From: a virus
Taxonomy: Duplodnaviria; Heunggongvirae; Uroviricota; Caudoviricetes
Virus record (IMG/VR): IMGVR_UViG_3300049014_000001
Coordinates: 24,956-88,955 of that record
Direction: 5' to 3' (one strand)
Length of the DNA: 64,000 nt
The position numbers and the translations under genes are program-made. Below are positions 1 through 7,669 of this stretch, in pieces; the first letter of the stretch is position 1; each line of letters begins with the position of its first letter. A model generated the notes under the pieces. That model had not been told where the DNA came from. It did no database searches and saw only the letters and a list, made by a program, of their open reading frames with translations.

Positions 1-983
1 CAGTCAGGGTCAGGATACGTTTCACTTGGAACCGAGTGAGCCAAGTCCCATGAACGTACACGTCCTGAAACCTCTGGCGGTGCAAACTGTACTTTATTCA
101 GCCAGCTACGGTTAAATACGCTGCTACCTTCTGGAACAGCAGTCCATGAACCATGCAAGAATCGAAGCTGCGATACACGAGTACCCGATTTCAAGTTCGC
201 CAAATAGCCGGGGTTATTCTTCAACAGGACAGGATTTGAATACACGTCCATTGGAATAAACCTGAATGAGGTAGGGTGATAATCCTTTTCCTTATCCATT
301 CCGAAGCCATGCTTTTCAAACAGATCGTCGTAGCTATCTCCCCAAACTACCTTACCATTCAATACCATGAACCATCGGGTAATATTTTCAGTACCCGGAC
401 GAGGAACACCTGTATCTGGATCAAGGCAATATTGAACGAATGGGAACAGCCAGCTATTGCGGTTCGGGTTACAGGTAATGGTCATCCCCAGCTTACCTTT
501 GTAACGAGCACCACGGCAACGCTCTTTCAATGCTAGAATCTGCTCAAGCGTGAATTCCGCTCCCTCGTCAACGATAATGTTTGTAGCCTGCCATCCCTGC
601 ACCTCAGTAAGGTCTGCTGGCATAGCAACGAACTTAACGATTGCTCCATTAGGGAAGTGCCATTCAAGCGGCTGCAATTTGAATTCTGCACCGAACTGTT
701 TGAACAGATGCTTCGATTCGTCAACAAGGCCACCTACGGCCTTTAGAACAGGGTAGGTAAGACGAACAATAAGAACACGTGCATTCGGGTCTTCACAGAA
801 ATAAAGGGCCTTAAGGAGTGCCAGATAGCTTTTACCACCACCGGCACCGCCTCCAACAAGGAGCATGTCTGTCTGGTTATCTACCAGCATCAGACGTTGT
901 TTTTCGGAGCAAGGGCCAAGAACTACTTGTTCTTCTTCGTGAGCTTGCTCAACTGCTTCTACGATTTTCTTTTTCCTAGCCAT
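1..983 (-). CDS. terL: Terminase large subunit, N-terminal ATPase part (gene continues beyond left edge of window)
   Basis: Minus-strand ORF starting ATG at 981-983 and running off the window edge, so absent from the ORF track. Translation MARKKKIVEAV... contains Walker A LLVGGGAGGGKSY and Walker B IIVDEGAEF typical of TerL. Confidence 0.8.
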   Translation of the reverse strand, partial: MARKKKIVEAVEQAHEEEQVVLGPCSEKQRLMLVDNQTDMLLVGGGAGGGKSYLALLKALYFCEDPNARVLIVRLTYPVLKAVGGLVDESKHLFKQFGAEFKLQPLEWHFPNGAIVKFVAMPADLTEVQGWQATNIIVDEGAEFTLEQILALKERCRGARYKGKLGMTITCNPNRNSWLFPFVQYCLDPDTGVPRPGTENITRWFMVLNGKVVWGDSYDDLFEKHGFGMDKEKDYHPTSFRFIPMDVYSNPVLLKNNPGYLANLKSGTRVSQLRFLHGSWTAVPEGSSVFNRSWLNKVQFAPPEVSGRVRSWDLAHSVPSETYPDPD

Positions 984-988
984 AAATG

Positions 989-1010
989 CAAAAAGCCCCT
1001 ATTGGGGCTA
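989..1010 (-). terminator. Intrinsic terminator (GC hairpin GCCCC-TATT-GGGGC followed by U-run on minus strand)
   Basis: aaaaagcccctattggggct reads as hairpin then UUUUU on the minus strand. Lies between the tRNA trio and terL. Confidence 0.5.
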
Positions 1011-1105
1011 TAGTTAGTTAATCTTGGCAAACCCTCAAGGAATCAAACCTTGTCCATGCACGGCTTTGGAGGCTGGCTGCATATCATATGCTAGGGCTTA
1101 TTGTC

Positions 1106-1182
1106 TGGATACGGAGGTGAGAGTCGAACTCACACTTGATAGGGTCAAAACCTACTGCCTCTGCCAATTGGGCTACTCCGCA
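1106..1182 (-). tRNA. tRNA-Gln (anticodon TTG)
   Basis: Reverse complement folds as a cloverleaf: acceptor TGCGGAG/CTCCGTA, T-arm GTGAG-TTCGACT-CTCAC, anticodon loop TTTTGAC, 3' CCA encoded. Confidence 0.7.
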
Positions 1183-1191
1183 TTAGAATTC

Positions 1192-1267
1192 TGGTGGTGA
1201 AGGATGGGTTCGAACCATCGACCAATGCCTTATCAAGACACTGCTCTACCGACTGAGCTACATCACC
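1192..1267 (-). tRNA. tRNA-Ile (anticodon GAT)
   Basis: Reverse complement GGTGATGTAGCTCAGTCGGTAGAGC...TTGATAA...GGTTCGAACCC...CCA; canonical D and T arms. Confidence 0.8.
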
Positions 1268-1378
1268 ATTCGGCACGGTTACTTTTACCGCGAAGCCATG
1301 TACTTTAGTACCATCACGCCGTTCTTCGCTACGTATCAAATCTACGGCCAACCTATGGACTGCCTCATGATGCAGTTA

Positions 1379-1473
1379 TGGCGGAGGAAGTGAGGCTCAA
1401 ACTCACACACCCCTTTCGGAGCCTTCGGTTTTCAAGACCGCTGCCGCTAGGTCAACGCTCGGCTAATTCCCCC
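1379..1473 (-). tRNA. Class II tRNA, probably Ser (anticodon TGA); acceptor and T-loop slightly atypical
   Basis: Reverse complement has Ser-like D arm GCCGAGCG, anticodon loop CTTGAAA, a long variable arm and CCA; T-loop reads TTTGAGC. The hand fold is imperfect. Confidence 0.45.
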
Positions 1474-1626
1474 CATGTTCTGGCGGAAGACTGACATCCC
1501 GACTGCCATGCGCTTGAAGCACACCAAAGGCTTAGCAAGCCCCGCCAGCGCCCCGGCTGGTTAATCTTCCATGTATTTGAATAATAGCACTACTTCCTCG
1601 TTTTGTCAAGCAGGTAGTGCTACCTA

Positions 1627-1950
1627 TCACTTGGTGATGTCCTGCAACATCTGGAACACACCCTTTGTTACTGTGAATTTCTTCGCCTGTGCATCAGTCA
1701 CTTCAATGTCGAAGTAGAAAATTCCAACGTTGTTTGCTTGCGTATCGTCCATAGAGAACTCCACAACTCCATTCGTCGGAGTTGCCACCGTACCATTCAA
1801 CTGAAACACTTGCTGAGTTGCGTCCACAGGATTACTCTGTTTGTTCACTGTCAGCTTGATTACACACCCGGTGAGATTCAACGGGGAACCTGCGTCTGAC
1901 AGGAACAGAGAGAATGGCTTAGTATCCCCTCTGAACCTTTCAATATTCAT
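1627..1950 (-). CDS. Hypothetical virion-associated protein
   Basis: ORF in track. The better start is the second Met (MNIERF) preceded by GAGAGG RBS, directly downstream of the tail-fibre-like genes. Confidence 0.55.
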   Translation of the reverse strand: MNIERFRGDTKPFSLFLSDAGSPLNLTGCVIKLTVNKQSNPVDATQQVFQLNGTVATPTNGVVEFSMDDTQANNVGIFYFDIEVTDAQAKKFTVTKGVFQMLQDITK

Positions 1951-1960
1951 ATTACCTCTC

Positions 1961-2785
1961 TTAGATAATGCTTGCACCGAAACTACCAGAGATAATTTCA
2001 GCTTTGATTTGATTGATCTGCCGTGCTGAGTAGTTACCAGTCAGGAGCGTTACACTCACACCGCCTCCAGACACTACAAGCCCACTCTGACTGCCATCGC
2101 TCATTACTCCGTTCACCGTGCAGGAACCAGAAGCGTTACAAATCGTTTCAACGATGGTGTGCGTAATGGCCTGCGCTACAGAATTTGCATCAGCACTCCC
2201 TGCTGTAGCCACAATGCATTGCATCTCCGCTGTGACCGTAGACACTCCCGATGCTGAACAAAGCGTCTGAAGGATAGCTTGAGTAACAGCGTTAGCCGAG
2301 CTTGAACCTTCAGATGAACAGTCCATCTGCTCAATTTCGGTCGGTGGAACTGCTGCATCAGTTTCAGCTTGCGCTGTAGACGTTCCGCTAGACGAACACA
2401 CAACCATGACGATCTGCTGCGTGGTAGCACTAGCTTGAGAAGTGCCTACAGAGGCCCCTACAACGCCCCAGATCGCACGAACAGCAGCAGATACGGTTCC
2501 TGCTCCAGACGATGCTCCGTTAGTCTGTGAGATGGCATTTAACATTGCAGCACCTACACTGCTACCTGAACTCGCACAGGATGTTCCAATAATCGCTGCT
2601 GTGGTGCTTCCGGCAGATGACGTTCCTGTTGCAGAGCAATTACTTGCCCACACTACCTGCATCTGAGCGGCAGCAGATGAACTTCCAGCACTAGCCCCAC
2701 TAAGAGAAATTACTTCGAAGCTTTCAGTCTCAAGGCTAAACAGGCCAAGGGGAGTAACCCCAAGTGAAGAAAGTCCAAGTGCCAT
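1961..2785 (-). CDS. Tail-fibre-like protein, Ser/Gly/Ala/Thr-rich low complexity
   Basis: 274-aa ORF with long runs of S/G/A/T/V and repeated CSxSG motifs typical of fibre shafts; sits in the structural cluster. Confidence 0.55.
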   Translation of the reverse strand: MALGLSSLGVTPLGLFSLETESFEVISLSGASAGSSSAAAQMQVVWASNCSATGTSSAGSTTAAIIGTSCASSGSSVGAAMLNAISQTNGASSGAGTVSAAVRAIWGVVGASVGTSQASATTQQIVMVVCSSSGTSTAQAETDAAVPPTEIEQMDCSSEGSSSANAVTQAILQTLCSASGVSTVTAEMQCIVATAGSADANSVAQAITHTIVETICNASGSCTVNGVMSDGSQSGLVVSGGGVSVTLLTGNYSARQINQIKAEIISGSFGASII

Positions 2786-2786
2786 G

Positions 2787-3287
2787 TTATACTCCCGGCC
2801 AACCAGCGTTGTAGTCGTATTGGCAGATTTGTTCGAATGAAGTCATCGCTGCGATGTTATCTCGGTGACGACCATCAACGCCTCCGATATTCGCCTCAAT
2901 AGCTGACAATCTTGCAGAGTTACCTTCTACTTTCGTCACCAAAGCTTCCAATGTAATATTTCTTGCAGTGGCTTCGATATTCAACATAGGACACTGTGCT
3001 GCGTCTCCTGTGGCTCTGTACTTAGCTGCCTCTGCTGCCTTGATCGACCAACTAGCCATCTCACCTACGCTTACAGAGGCAACCACAGCATCACGAAGCC
3101 CTTTGGCTTTCTTTAGAACCTCTGTGATAGCGTATGTCTTTGCATCTTGCACAGAGTAGCCATCGATAATAGCTTGTACGGCTGTATCGTTAGATGAAAC
3201 CCACACGCCATCTTTTTGCATCAGCCAATGTCCAGCACGAGAAATAGCTTCGTGAAGCCCTGCTCCTTTTTCTGTATATGTAATCAT
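2787..3287 (-). CDS. Hypothetical protein (tail-fibre-associated; start re-set to MITYTEK)
   Basis: The track ORF begins inside the upstream gene. The internal ATG at 3285-3287 follows stop TAA at 3290-3292 of the upstream gene. Confidence 0.5.
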   Translation of the reverse strand: MITYTEKGAGLHEAISRAGHWLMQKDGVWVSSNDTAVQAIIDGYSVQDAKTYAITEVLKKAKGLRDAVVASVSVGEMASWSIKAAEAAKYRATGDAAQCPMLNIEATARNITLEALVTKVEGNSARLSAIEANIGGVDGRHRDNIAAMTSFEQICQYDYNAGWPGV

Positions 3288-3289
3288 AA

Positions 3290-4162
3290 TTAATAGTAGA
3301 TAATAGGAAGAGGTGCGAACTGCCCCGGACTCACGCTTGTAACAGTAGGCATGGTACTCGGCAAAGATGTCCATCCACCTGTCATGGCACTGCACGTAGC
3401 GTAGACATTAGGCTGGCCGGGGTCAGTTACACCCAAAGGCCCAGTTTGTGCTAGCGTTGTGTTAGCTGCTCTCAGCGTAACTGCTACGCTTGAAACTACT
3501 CCTAGATAATACCAACCCGGAGGAATCTGACTCTTATTCCCAACTGGCGAAGCTGTCTTCACACCCGTTGTGTCTGTACGCAAATCTCCTGATTCCATTA
3601 CCAGTGGCCCTGCCGATCCGTCAGGAAGCACAGGATAGAATCCAAGACGAACTTTGTCCGTAGACGTTCCACCCGCTGTAGTGACCTGTACACCTAGTCC
3701 AGAAATGCCTTTACCAGCCTCAACACGACATCCAAGTACGAGCATGACATTCGCTGTCAGCCCTTTAGTGTTTGCCACGTTAATATATGGATAAGGAGTA
3801 CATCCTCTATGTGCAGCATTACTGATTGCTGCTGGTACTGCATTAACAATACCCGCATTAGCTGGAATTGCGCAGACAACTTTATATGTTCCTGCTCCCA
3901 AGTTAACTGCGGTAGGGGATACGCTTGTTAGCACTCCACTTACCATAGTCTGGATAATAGCAATTCGCTGCAACGTAGTAGAGTCTGAAAGTTTTCCAAT
4001 CCCTACTTCAACTGGTGTTCCATCACTTTTAAGAATCTCGTAATAGAAAGGCTGTCCAATGGCGAATTGATCTGCGAAAGTCGAATAATTAGTGACAGTA
4101 GCAAGAGTCAAATCTCCAGTACCAGTAGTTGTGGTTGTTTGATAGACCCAATTCGCCAGCAT
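3290..4162 (-). CDS. Tail fibre / receptor-binding protein candidate
   Basis: 290-aa ORF; N-terminus MLANWVYQTTTTTGTGDLTL resembles fibre N-termini; T/G/V-rich beta-type composition. Confidence 0.55.
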   Translation of the reverse strand: MLANWVYQTTTTTGTGDLTLATVTNYSTFADQFAIGQPFYYEILKSDGTPVEVGIGKLSDSTTLQRIAIIQTMVSGVLTSVSPTAVNLGAGTYKVVCAIPANAGIVNAVPAAISNAAHRGCTPYPYINVANTKGLTANVMLVLGCRVEAGKGISGLGVQVTTAGGTSTDKVRLGFYPVLPDGSAGPLVMESGDLRTDTTGVKTASPVGNKSQIPPGWYYLGVVSSVAVTLRAANTTLAQTGPLGVTDPGQPNVYATCSAMTGGWTSLPSTMPTVTSVSPGQFAPLPIIYY

Positions 4163-4164
4163 GA

Positions 4165-4608
4165 TTAATCCTCAGTTACCAGATTGGCAGCAGTGGTTAC
4201 GCGTGGAATAACTCCAGCAGCCATAGTTACGTTAGGAGTCGCAGTTCCTTTGTAAAGAATCTTGCCTGCTCCTGAGCTAGCCGTACCAATACTGAAGTGA
4301 GTAATAGCAGCACCCGGAGATGCCGTGCAAGCAGGGAAGTCTAGATTATTAACTAGATTCACGGCATTAGCTGTGACAGTAAATCCTCCAGTTGTTCGGG
4401 CTACGGCCATTCGCGTATATCCAGTGTATGTGGTTTCGTTTGTCGTTTGATCGCCAGTTTCGCCGGGGTCTGCTGTATGCAGTGCAAAATATAGGCTACC
4501 GGCAGCGGCAGATGGTTGAAGTCCCGAAGCATCCCCGATAAGAGGAATTGCTACGTTGTTGAATACCAGTTTCAGGTAGTCATTTTCGAAGGTATTACCT
4601 TTTGACAT
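4165..4608 (-). CDS. Hypothetical structural protein
   Basis: 147-aa ORF, first gene after the tRNA-array terminator; G/T/A-rich. Confidence 0.55.
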   Translation of the reverse strand: MSKGNTFENDYLKLVFNNVAIPLIGDASGLQPSAAAGSLYFALHTADPGETGDQTTNETTYTGYTRMAVARTTGGFTVTANAVNLVNNLDFPACTASPGAAITHFSIGTASSGAGKILYKGTATPNVTMAAGVIPRVTTAANLVTED

Positions 4609-4629
4609 ATTACGTCCTTTTTGAGATAA

Positions 4630-4664
4630 AGAAAAAGCCCGTAACCTTTTAAGGCACGGGCTTG
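4630..4664 (-). terminator. Intrinsic terminator after tRNA array (minus strand)
   Basis: aaaaagcccgtaaccttttaaggcacgggctt: 8-bp GC stem then U-run on the minus strand. Confidence 0.55.
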
Positions 4665-4699
4665 GTGTTTGAGGACGTTAACCACACTGTCCTCGTGTG

Positions 4700-4772
4700 T
4701 GGAACCAAACCAAGGAGTTGAACCTTGTATCTGCGGTTCGTAGCCGCTGAGCCGATATCCGTCGGGTCTGGT
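4700..4772 (-). tRNA. tRNA-Arg (anticodon ACG), short D-loop
   Basis: T-arm CAAGG-TTCAACT-CCTTG, acceptor ACCAGAC/GTTTGGT, anticodon loop CTACGAA, CCA encoded. Confidence 0.6.
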
Positions 4773-4780
4773 ATTGTTCT

Positions 4781-4854
4781 TGGACACGCTAGCGGGATTT
4801 TAACCCGCCTACGGAGCTTTGCAGGCAACTACCTAGTCACTCGGCCATAGCGTG
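4781..4854 (-). tRNA. tRNA-like element, identity unresolved
   Basis: Perfect acceptor CACGCTA/TAGCGTG and CCA, T-arm GCGGG-TTAAAAT-CCCGC, but the anticodon arm does not fold by hand. Confidence 0.35.
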
Positions 4855-4859
4855 CGTTC

Positions 4860-4942
4860 TGGTGGACTATATCAGGAATCGAACCCGACTTCCCCCGCCC
4901 TACTACCAAGATGTATGGTTAGCGGGTAAATAGCCCATAGTC
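4860..4942 (-). tRNA. tRNA-like element, identity unresolved
   Basis: T-arm TCGGG-TTCGATT-CCTGA and acceptor-like ends GACTATG/TATAGTC; the interior is irregular. Confidence 0.35.
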
Positions 4943-5016
4943 TGGTACTCCGTGAAAGAATCGAACTTTCGTACTCGCCGTGTAAAGACGACGTTCTACC
5001 ATTGAACTAACAGAGC
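4943..5016 (-). tRNA. tRNA-Val (anticodon TAC)
   Basis: GCTCTGT TA GTTC-AATGGTA-GAAC, anticodon arm TCGTC-TTTACAC-GGCGA, T-arm GAAAG-TTCGATT-CTTTC, ACCA 3' end. Confidence 0.75.
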
Positions 5017-5274
5017 ATTGTTCGTGGTTCTTTATTATCCCTTACGAGGATTATTCTTCAACCGGCTAAACGGACTCTTCAATCTAACCCGGACCATTGG
5101 CTAGAGAGGCTACTATACTGCATACGCGTACGTTGCAGTTACGTTTGGTCGTGAGTACGTACCATCTAAGCTTTCACCGCAAGACCCATACGCGCCCATG
5201 CACGAGCTAACGCTGCCCTCCTTGCAACTCCTACTTACTTAGCGGCCCAGTTGCGAACTGGCCTCACGATTGAC

Positions 5275-5351
5275 TTGGTATTGCATAGCGGATTCGAACC
5301 CCTATCCACGGATTGAAAGTCCATGTGTCCTAACCATTAGACGAATGCAAT
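5275..5351 (-). tRNA. tRNA-Glu (anticodon TTC)
   Basis: D arm GTCT-AATGGTTA-GGAC, anticodon arm ATGGA-CTTTCAA-TCCGT, T-loop TTCGAAT, CCA. Confidence 0.7.
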
Positions 5352-5358
5352 ATAAATT

Positions 5359-5445
5359 TGGTGCAGTGACTAGGATTTGAACCTAGACGGAACTAGCCGA
5401 CCTGCGGGTTACAGCCGCGTACCCTACCGAATGGGTGTTCACTAC
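5359..5445 (-). tRNA. tRNA-Tyr (anticodon GTA), class II with long variable arm
   Basis: 87 nt, acceptor GTAGTGA/TCACTGC, anticodon loop CTGTAAC, T-arm CTAGG-TTCAAAT-CCTAG, CCA. Confidence 0.65.
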
Positions 5446-5454
5446 ATTGTTTCT

Positions 5455-5529
5455 TGGTGCACCCGGTTGGTAACGCTCCAACCTCTTGAGGGTTTCAATC
5501 TCACACTAATCTATCTCAGTTACAGGTGC
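5455..5529 (-). tRNA. tRNA-Phe-like (anticodon GAA) with non-canonical T-loop
   Basis: Acceptor GCACCTG/CGGGTGC, D arm ACTG-AGATAGAT-TAGT, anticodon loop TTGAAAC, but the T-loop reads AGCGTTA instead of TTCRANN. Confidence 0.5.
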
Positions 5530-5546
5530 ATAAATGTTCTTAGTTG

Positions 5547-5621
5547 TGGGGTGAGCACTGGGAATTGAACCCAGATAAACGCCTTCACAGGGCGCGTCAC
5601 TAACCGTTGTGATATGCCCAC
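5547..5621 (-). tRNA. tRNA-His (anticodon GTG)
   Basis: D arm TCAC-AACGGTTA-GTGA, anticodon arm GCGCC-CTGTGAA-GGCGT, discriminator C, CCA. Confidence 0.75.
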
Positions 5622-5643
5622 AACTAAAAACATTCTAATACTT

Positions 5644-5731
5644 TGGTACGCGTAGTTGGAATCGAACCAACTCTGGACTTGCGTCTCGGTAGATTAAAAG
5701 TCTACTGCCTACCCACTTCGGCATTACGCGT
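5644..5731 (-). tRNA. Class II-scaffold tRNA with Lys-type anticodon loop CTTTTAA (anticodon TTT)
   Basis: 88 nt; perfect acceptor ACGCGTA/TACGCGT, 3-bp D stem, anticodon arm GTAGA-CTTTTAA-TCTAC, ~17-nt variable stem-loop, T-arm GTTGG-TTCGATT-CCAAC, A73, CCA. Confidence 0.55.
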
Positions 5732-5822
5732 ATAAAACAGCCCTACGCTACAACGGCCACCATTGGAAGAATCCAACACAATGATATAGACGTTACACCG
5801 CAACTTCTGTCAGGCTGTATAT

Positions 5823-5906
5823 TGGTACACAAGGCGAGACTTGAACTCGCAATCCCGAAGGCCACAGGGTTTGAGCCTGCTGCGTATGCCGTTCCGCCAC
5901 TCGTGC
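5823..5906 (-). tRNA. tRNA-Leu (anticodon CAA), class II
   Basis: 84 nt; D stem GCG/CGC, anticodon arm GCAGG-CTCAAAC-CCTGT, long variable arm, T-arm GCGAG-TTCAAGT-CTCGC, CCA. Confidence 0.7.
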
Positions 5907-6034
5907 ATTGTTTAATTTGACTAGGCTATCCTCACGTCGTCTTACTCTTGGATATGCGATACCACTTTGTATGGAGCCGACAGACGATCCGCCCCGTACT
6001 AGGTTCCCTCCGCTAAGAGGCATCAGTCAAAACT

Positions 6035-6118
6035 TGGTAGGCTAGGAGGGATTCGAACCCTCAAAGGCCCTGCTTCTAAGGCAGGTAGGTGTACCAGATT
6101 TCCATTAGCCACCAGCCC
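6035..6118 (-). tRNA. tRNA-like, possibly Leu (anticodon TAG) with irregular D region
   Basis: Anticodon arm CCTGC-CTTAGAA-GCAGG, T-arm GAGGG-TTCGAAT-CCCTC and acceptor GGGCTGG/CTAGCCT are clear; about 7 extra nt lie between the acceptor and anticodon stem. Confidence 0.45.
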
Positions 6119-6274
6119 ATTATATTCTGGCTACAGTTTTGTTCAGGTCGTAGCCACCTGTCCTTGTCGGGAGTTTCCGTCCCATACGGGCCGAAACAGA
6201 TTGTAGATGGCGCTATCGCCAGATCGGACGCACTGCCGTACAGTATCGGAGTTTAACCGTACATCTACAAAACT

Positions 6275-6350
6275 TGGCGCGGGCGACAGGATTCGAACCT
6301 GCAACGAACGGCTTGGAAGGCCGACACTCTGCCACTTGAGCTACGCACGC
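6275..6350 (-). tRNA. tRNA-Gly (anticodon TCC)
   Basis: GCGTGCG TA GCTC-AAGTGGCA-GAGT, anticodon loop CTTCCAA, T-arm GCAGG-TTCGAAT-CCTGT, GCCA end. Confidence 0.75.
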
Positions 6351-6413
6351 ATTGTATTTGCTAGCATACTAACCTACTAGCGGGTGTACCCATCACACTA
6401 CTGGGCCATAACT

Positions 6414-6490
6414 TGGCGCGATGTATCGGTTTCGAACCGATGACCCTCTGCTCGACAGGCAGGCGCTCTAACCATCTGAGCTAACACCGC
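6414..6490 (-). tRNA. tRNA-Asp (anticodon GTC)
   Basis: GCGGTGT TA GCTC-AGATGGTTA-GAGC, anticodon arm CCTGC-CTGTCGA-GCAGA, T-loop TTCGAAA, GCCA. Confidence 0.8.
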
Positions 6491-6498
6491 ATATATTC

Positions 6499-6574
6499 TG
6501 GCTGTGAGGGTAGGCTTCGAACCTACATCAACCTGATTAACAGTCAGGAGCTTTACCAATTAAGCTACTTCACA
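6499..6574 (-). tRNA. tRNA-Asn (anticodon GTT)
   Basis: D arm GCTT-AATTGGTA-AAGC, anticodon arm CCTGA-CTGTTAA-TCAGG, T-arm GTAGG-TTCGAAG-CCTAC, CCA. Confidence 0.75.
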
Positions 6575-6697
6575 ATTGTTCTGTACGGGCTTTGCACCAC
6601 ATTTGAGAGTTTCAGATTCATGCCACTCTTAACTTTGTTCCAGCTACCTCTTCCGTCCCACAGCGCAGGCTTACAGGTTGATTCTCTGGACGTGCTC

Positions 6698-6773
6698 TGG
6701 TTGCGAAGAGTGGGAGTCGAACCCACGACACGAAGGTTATGAGCCTCCTGTTCTACCGCTGAACTATCTCGCA
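6698..6773 (-). tRNA. tRNA-Met (anticodon CAT; elongator, Ile2 or initiator not resolved)
   Basis: D arm GTTC-AGCGGTA-GAAC, anticodon arm GGAGG-CTCATAA-CCTTC, T-arm GTGGG-TTCGACT-CCCAC, 3' GCAACCA; acceptor pairing slightly irregular by hand. Confidence 0.65.
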
Positions 6774-6779
6774 ATTGTT

Positions 6780-6854
6780 TGGCTCCCTGTGTTGGAATTG
6801 AACCAACGTTGTCCATCATTAGCCGGTTTGCGCACAAGTCCGGGTTAAACAGGA
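6780..6854 (-). tRNA. tRNA-like element, identity unresolved
   Basis: T-arm GTTGG-TTCAATT-CCAAC, CCA and acceptor-like ends present; the interior does not fold into standard D and anticodon arms. Confidence 0.3.
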
Positions 6855-6941
6855 AATTATTCGGCCCCTAGATTCTGTTTGTCGGCTCAAGGGTGGCCTC
6901 AGTGAGGGTAGATTAACTCACGCCGCTTCCGCGATTGCTCT

Positions 6942-7021
6942 TGGTGGAGAACATCGGATTCGAACCGATCTGATTAGCCTACTTGCAAGGCAGGTGTCCA
7001 CTCCCAGCAGACCCGATCCCC
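6942..7021 (-). tRNA. tRNA-Ala (anticodon TGC)
   Basis: GGGGATC GG GTCT-GCTGGGAGT-GGAC, anticodon arm CCTGC-CTTGCAA-GTAGG, T-arm ATCGG-TTCGAAT-CCGAT, ACCA. Confidence 0.7.
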
Positions 7022-7140
7022 AATATTTGTTACGTAGTGCTACTATACTACATGCTCAACGATTTGTCAAGCATTTTGAATTCTGGTCAGGGTAGGTGGC
7101 TCTGCCCCACCGTCCTCTCGCTTCCAAGGCGAGCCGTCTA

Positions 7141-7566
7141 CTAGGCTGACAATATACCCTGAGTATTTAGTCCTGCATACCAATTAAATTGTTCAGCAGT
7201 TCTCATAGCATGACAGTTTGCACAAAGCACCTGACATTTAGCTATCTCTTCTTTAATTTTCTTCAAAGCCAGTCCACGCATTTGTGAAACGTTTGCAGAC
7301 TTTGTACTACGATCTATGTGATCGAACTGAAGGCAAGGAACCCTAGCTTCTCCACATTCAACACATGGGTGTTCCAGCAGATAGTCATACACGTATTGCC
7401 AATTGGCTTTACGTAACTCTAATTGTTGATCGTATTTAATTTGCTTCTTTTCCTCGCTTCTGTTTGCGTGATACTTTCTATCATACTCCCGCTTGCAAGG
7501 TCTACATAGTTTAGATCTTTGTCCGTATGGCTCGTACGCCACTTGGCACGAGCTACACGTTCTCAT
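7141..7566 (-). CDS. HNH homing-type endonuclease
   Basis: 141 aa; paired Cys clusters CSSC...CRPC...CVEC and HNH core FDHIDR...N...LCANCH; immediately flanks the tRNA array. Confidence 0.8.
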   Translation of the reverse strand: MRTCSSCQVAYEPYGQRSKLCRPCKREYDRKYHANRSEEKKQIKYDQQLELRKANWQYVYDYLLEHPCVECGEARVPCLQFDHIDRSTKSANVSQMRGLALKKIKEEIAKCQVLCANCHAMRTAEQFNWYAGLNTQGILSA

Positions 7567-7582
7567 ACGCCCTCAAGTTGTT

Positions 7583-7669
7583 TGGTGCTGCCTGTGTGAT
7601 TCGAACACACGTTGGGATTTCTCCGCTGGGTTACAAAGCCAGTGCCTTCAACCTCTCAGCCAAAGCAGC
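7583..7669 (-). tRNA. Class II-scaffold tRNA with anticodon loop TTTGTAA (anticodon TGT, Thr-type)
   Basis: 87 nt; acceptor GCTGCTT/AGGCAGC, Ser-like D arm TG-GCT-GAGAGGTTGAA-GGC, anticodon stem CTGG/CCAG, long variable stem-loop GGA-GAAA-TCC, T-arm GTGTG-TTCGAAT-CACAC, A73, CCA. Confidence 0.5.

Noticed and set aside
276-756. Small plus- and minus-strand ORFs 276-536, 533-733, 550-756
   Set aside because: They lie inside, and mostly antisense to, the long minus-strand terL reading frame that runs off the window edge.
1145-1351. Track ORFs overlapping the tRNA genes (1145-1351, 4572-4787, 5377-5568, 5793-6023, 6565-6837)
   Set aside because: They run antisense or in-frame across cloverleaf tRNA genes, lack RBS, and have low-complexity translations; the tRNA interpretation explains the DNA.
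6120-6150. Perfect 7-bp stem tggctac-N15-gtagcca taken initially for tRNA acceptor ends
   Set aside because: The arms are only 15 nt apart, so this is a simple hairpin at the 5' flank of the tRNA at 6035-6118, not a tRNA.
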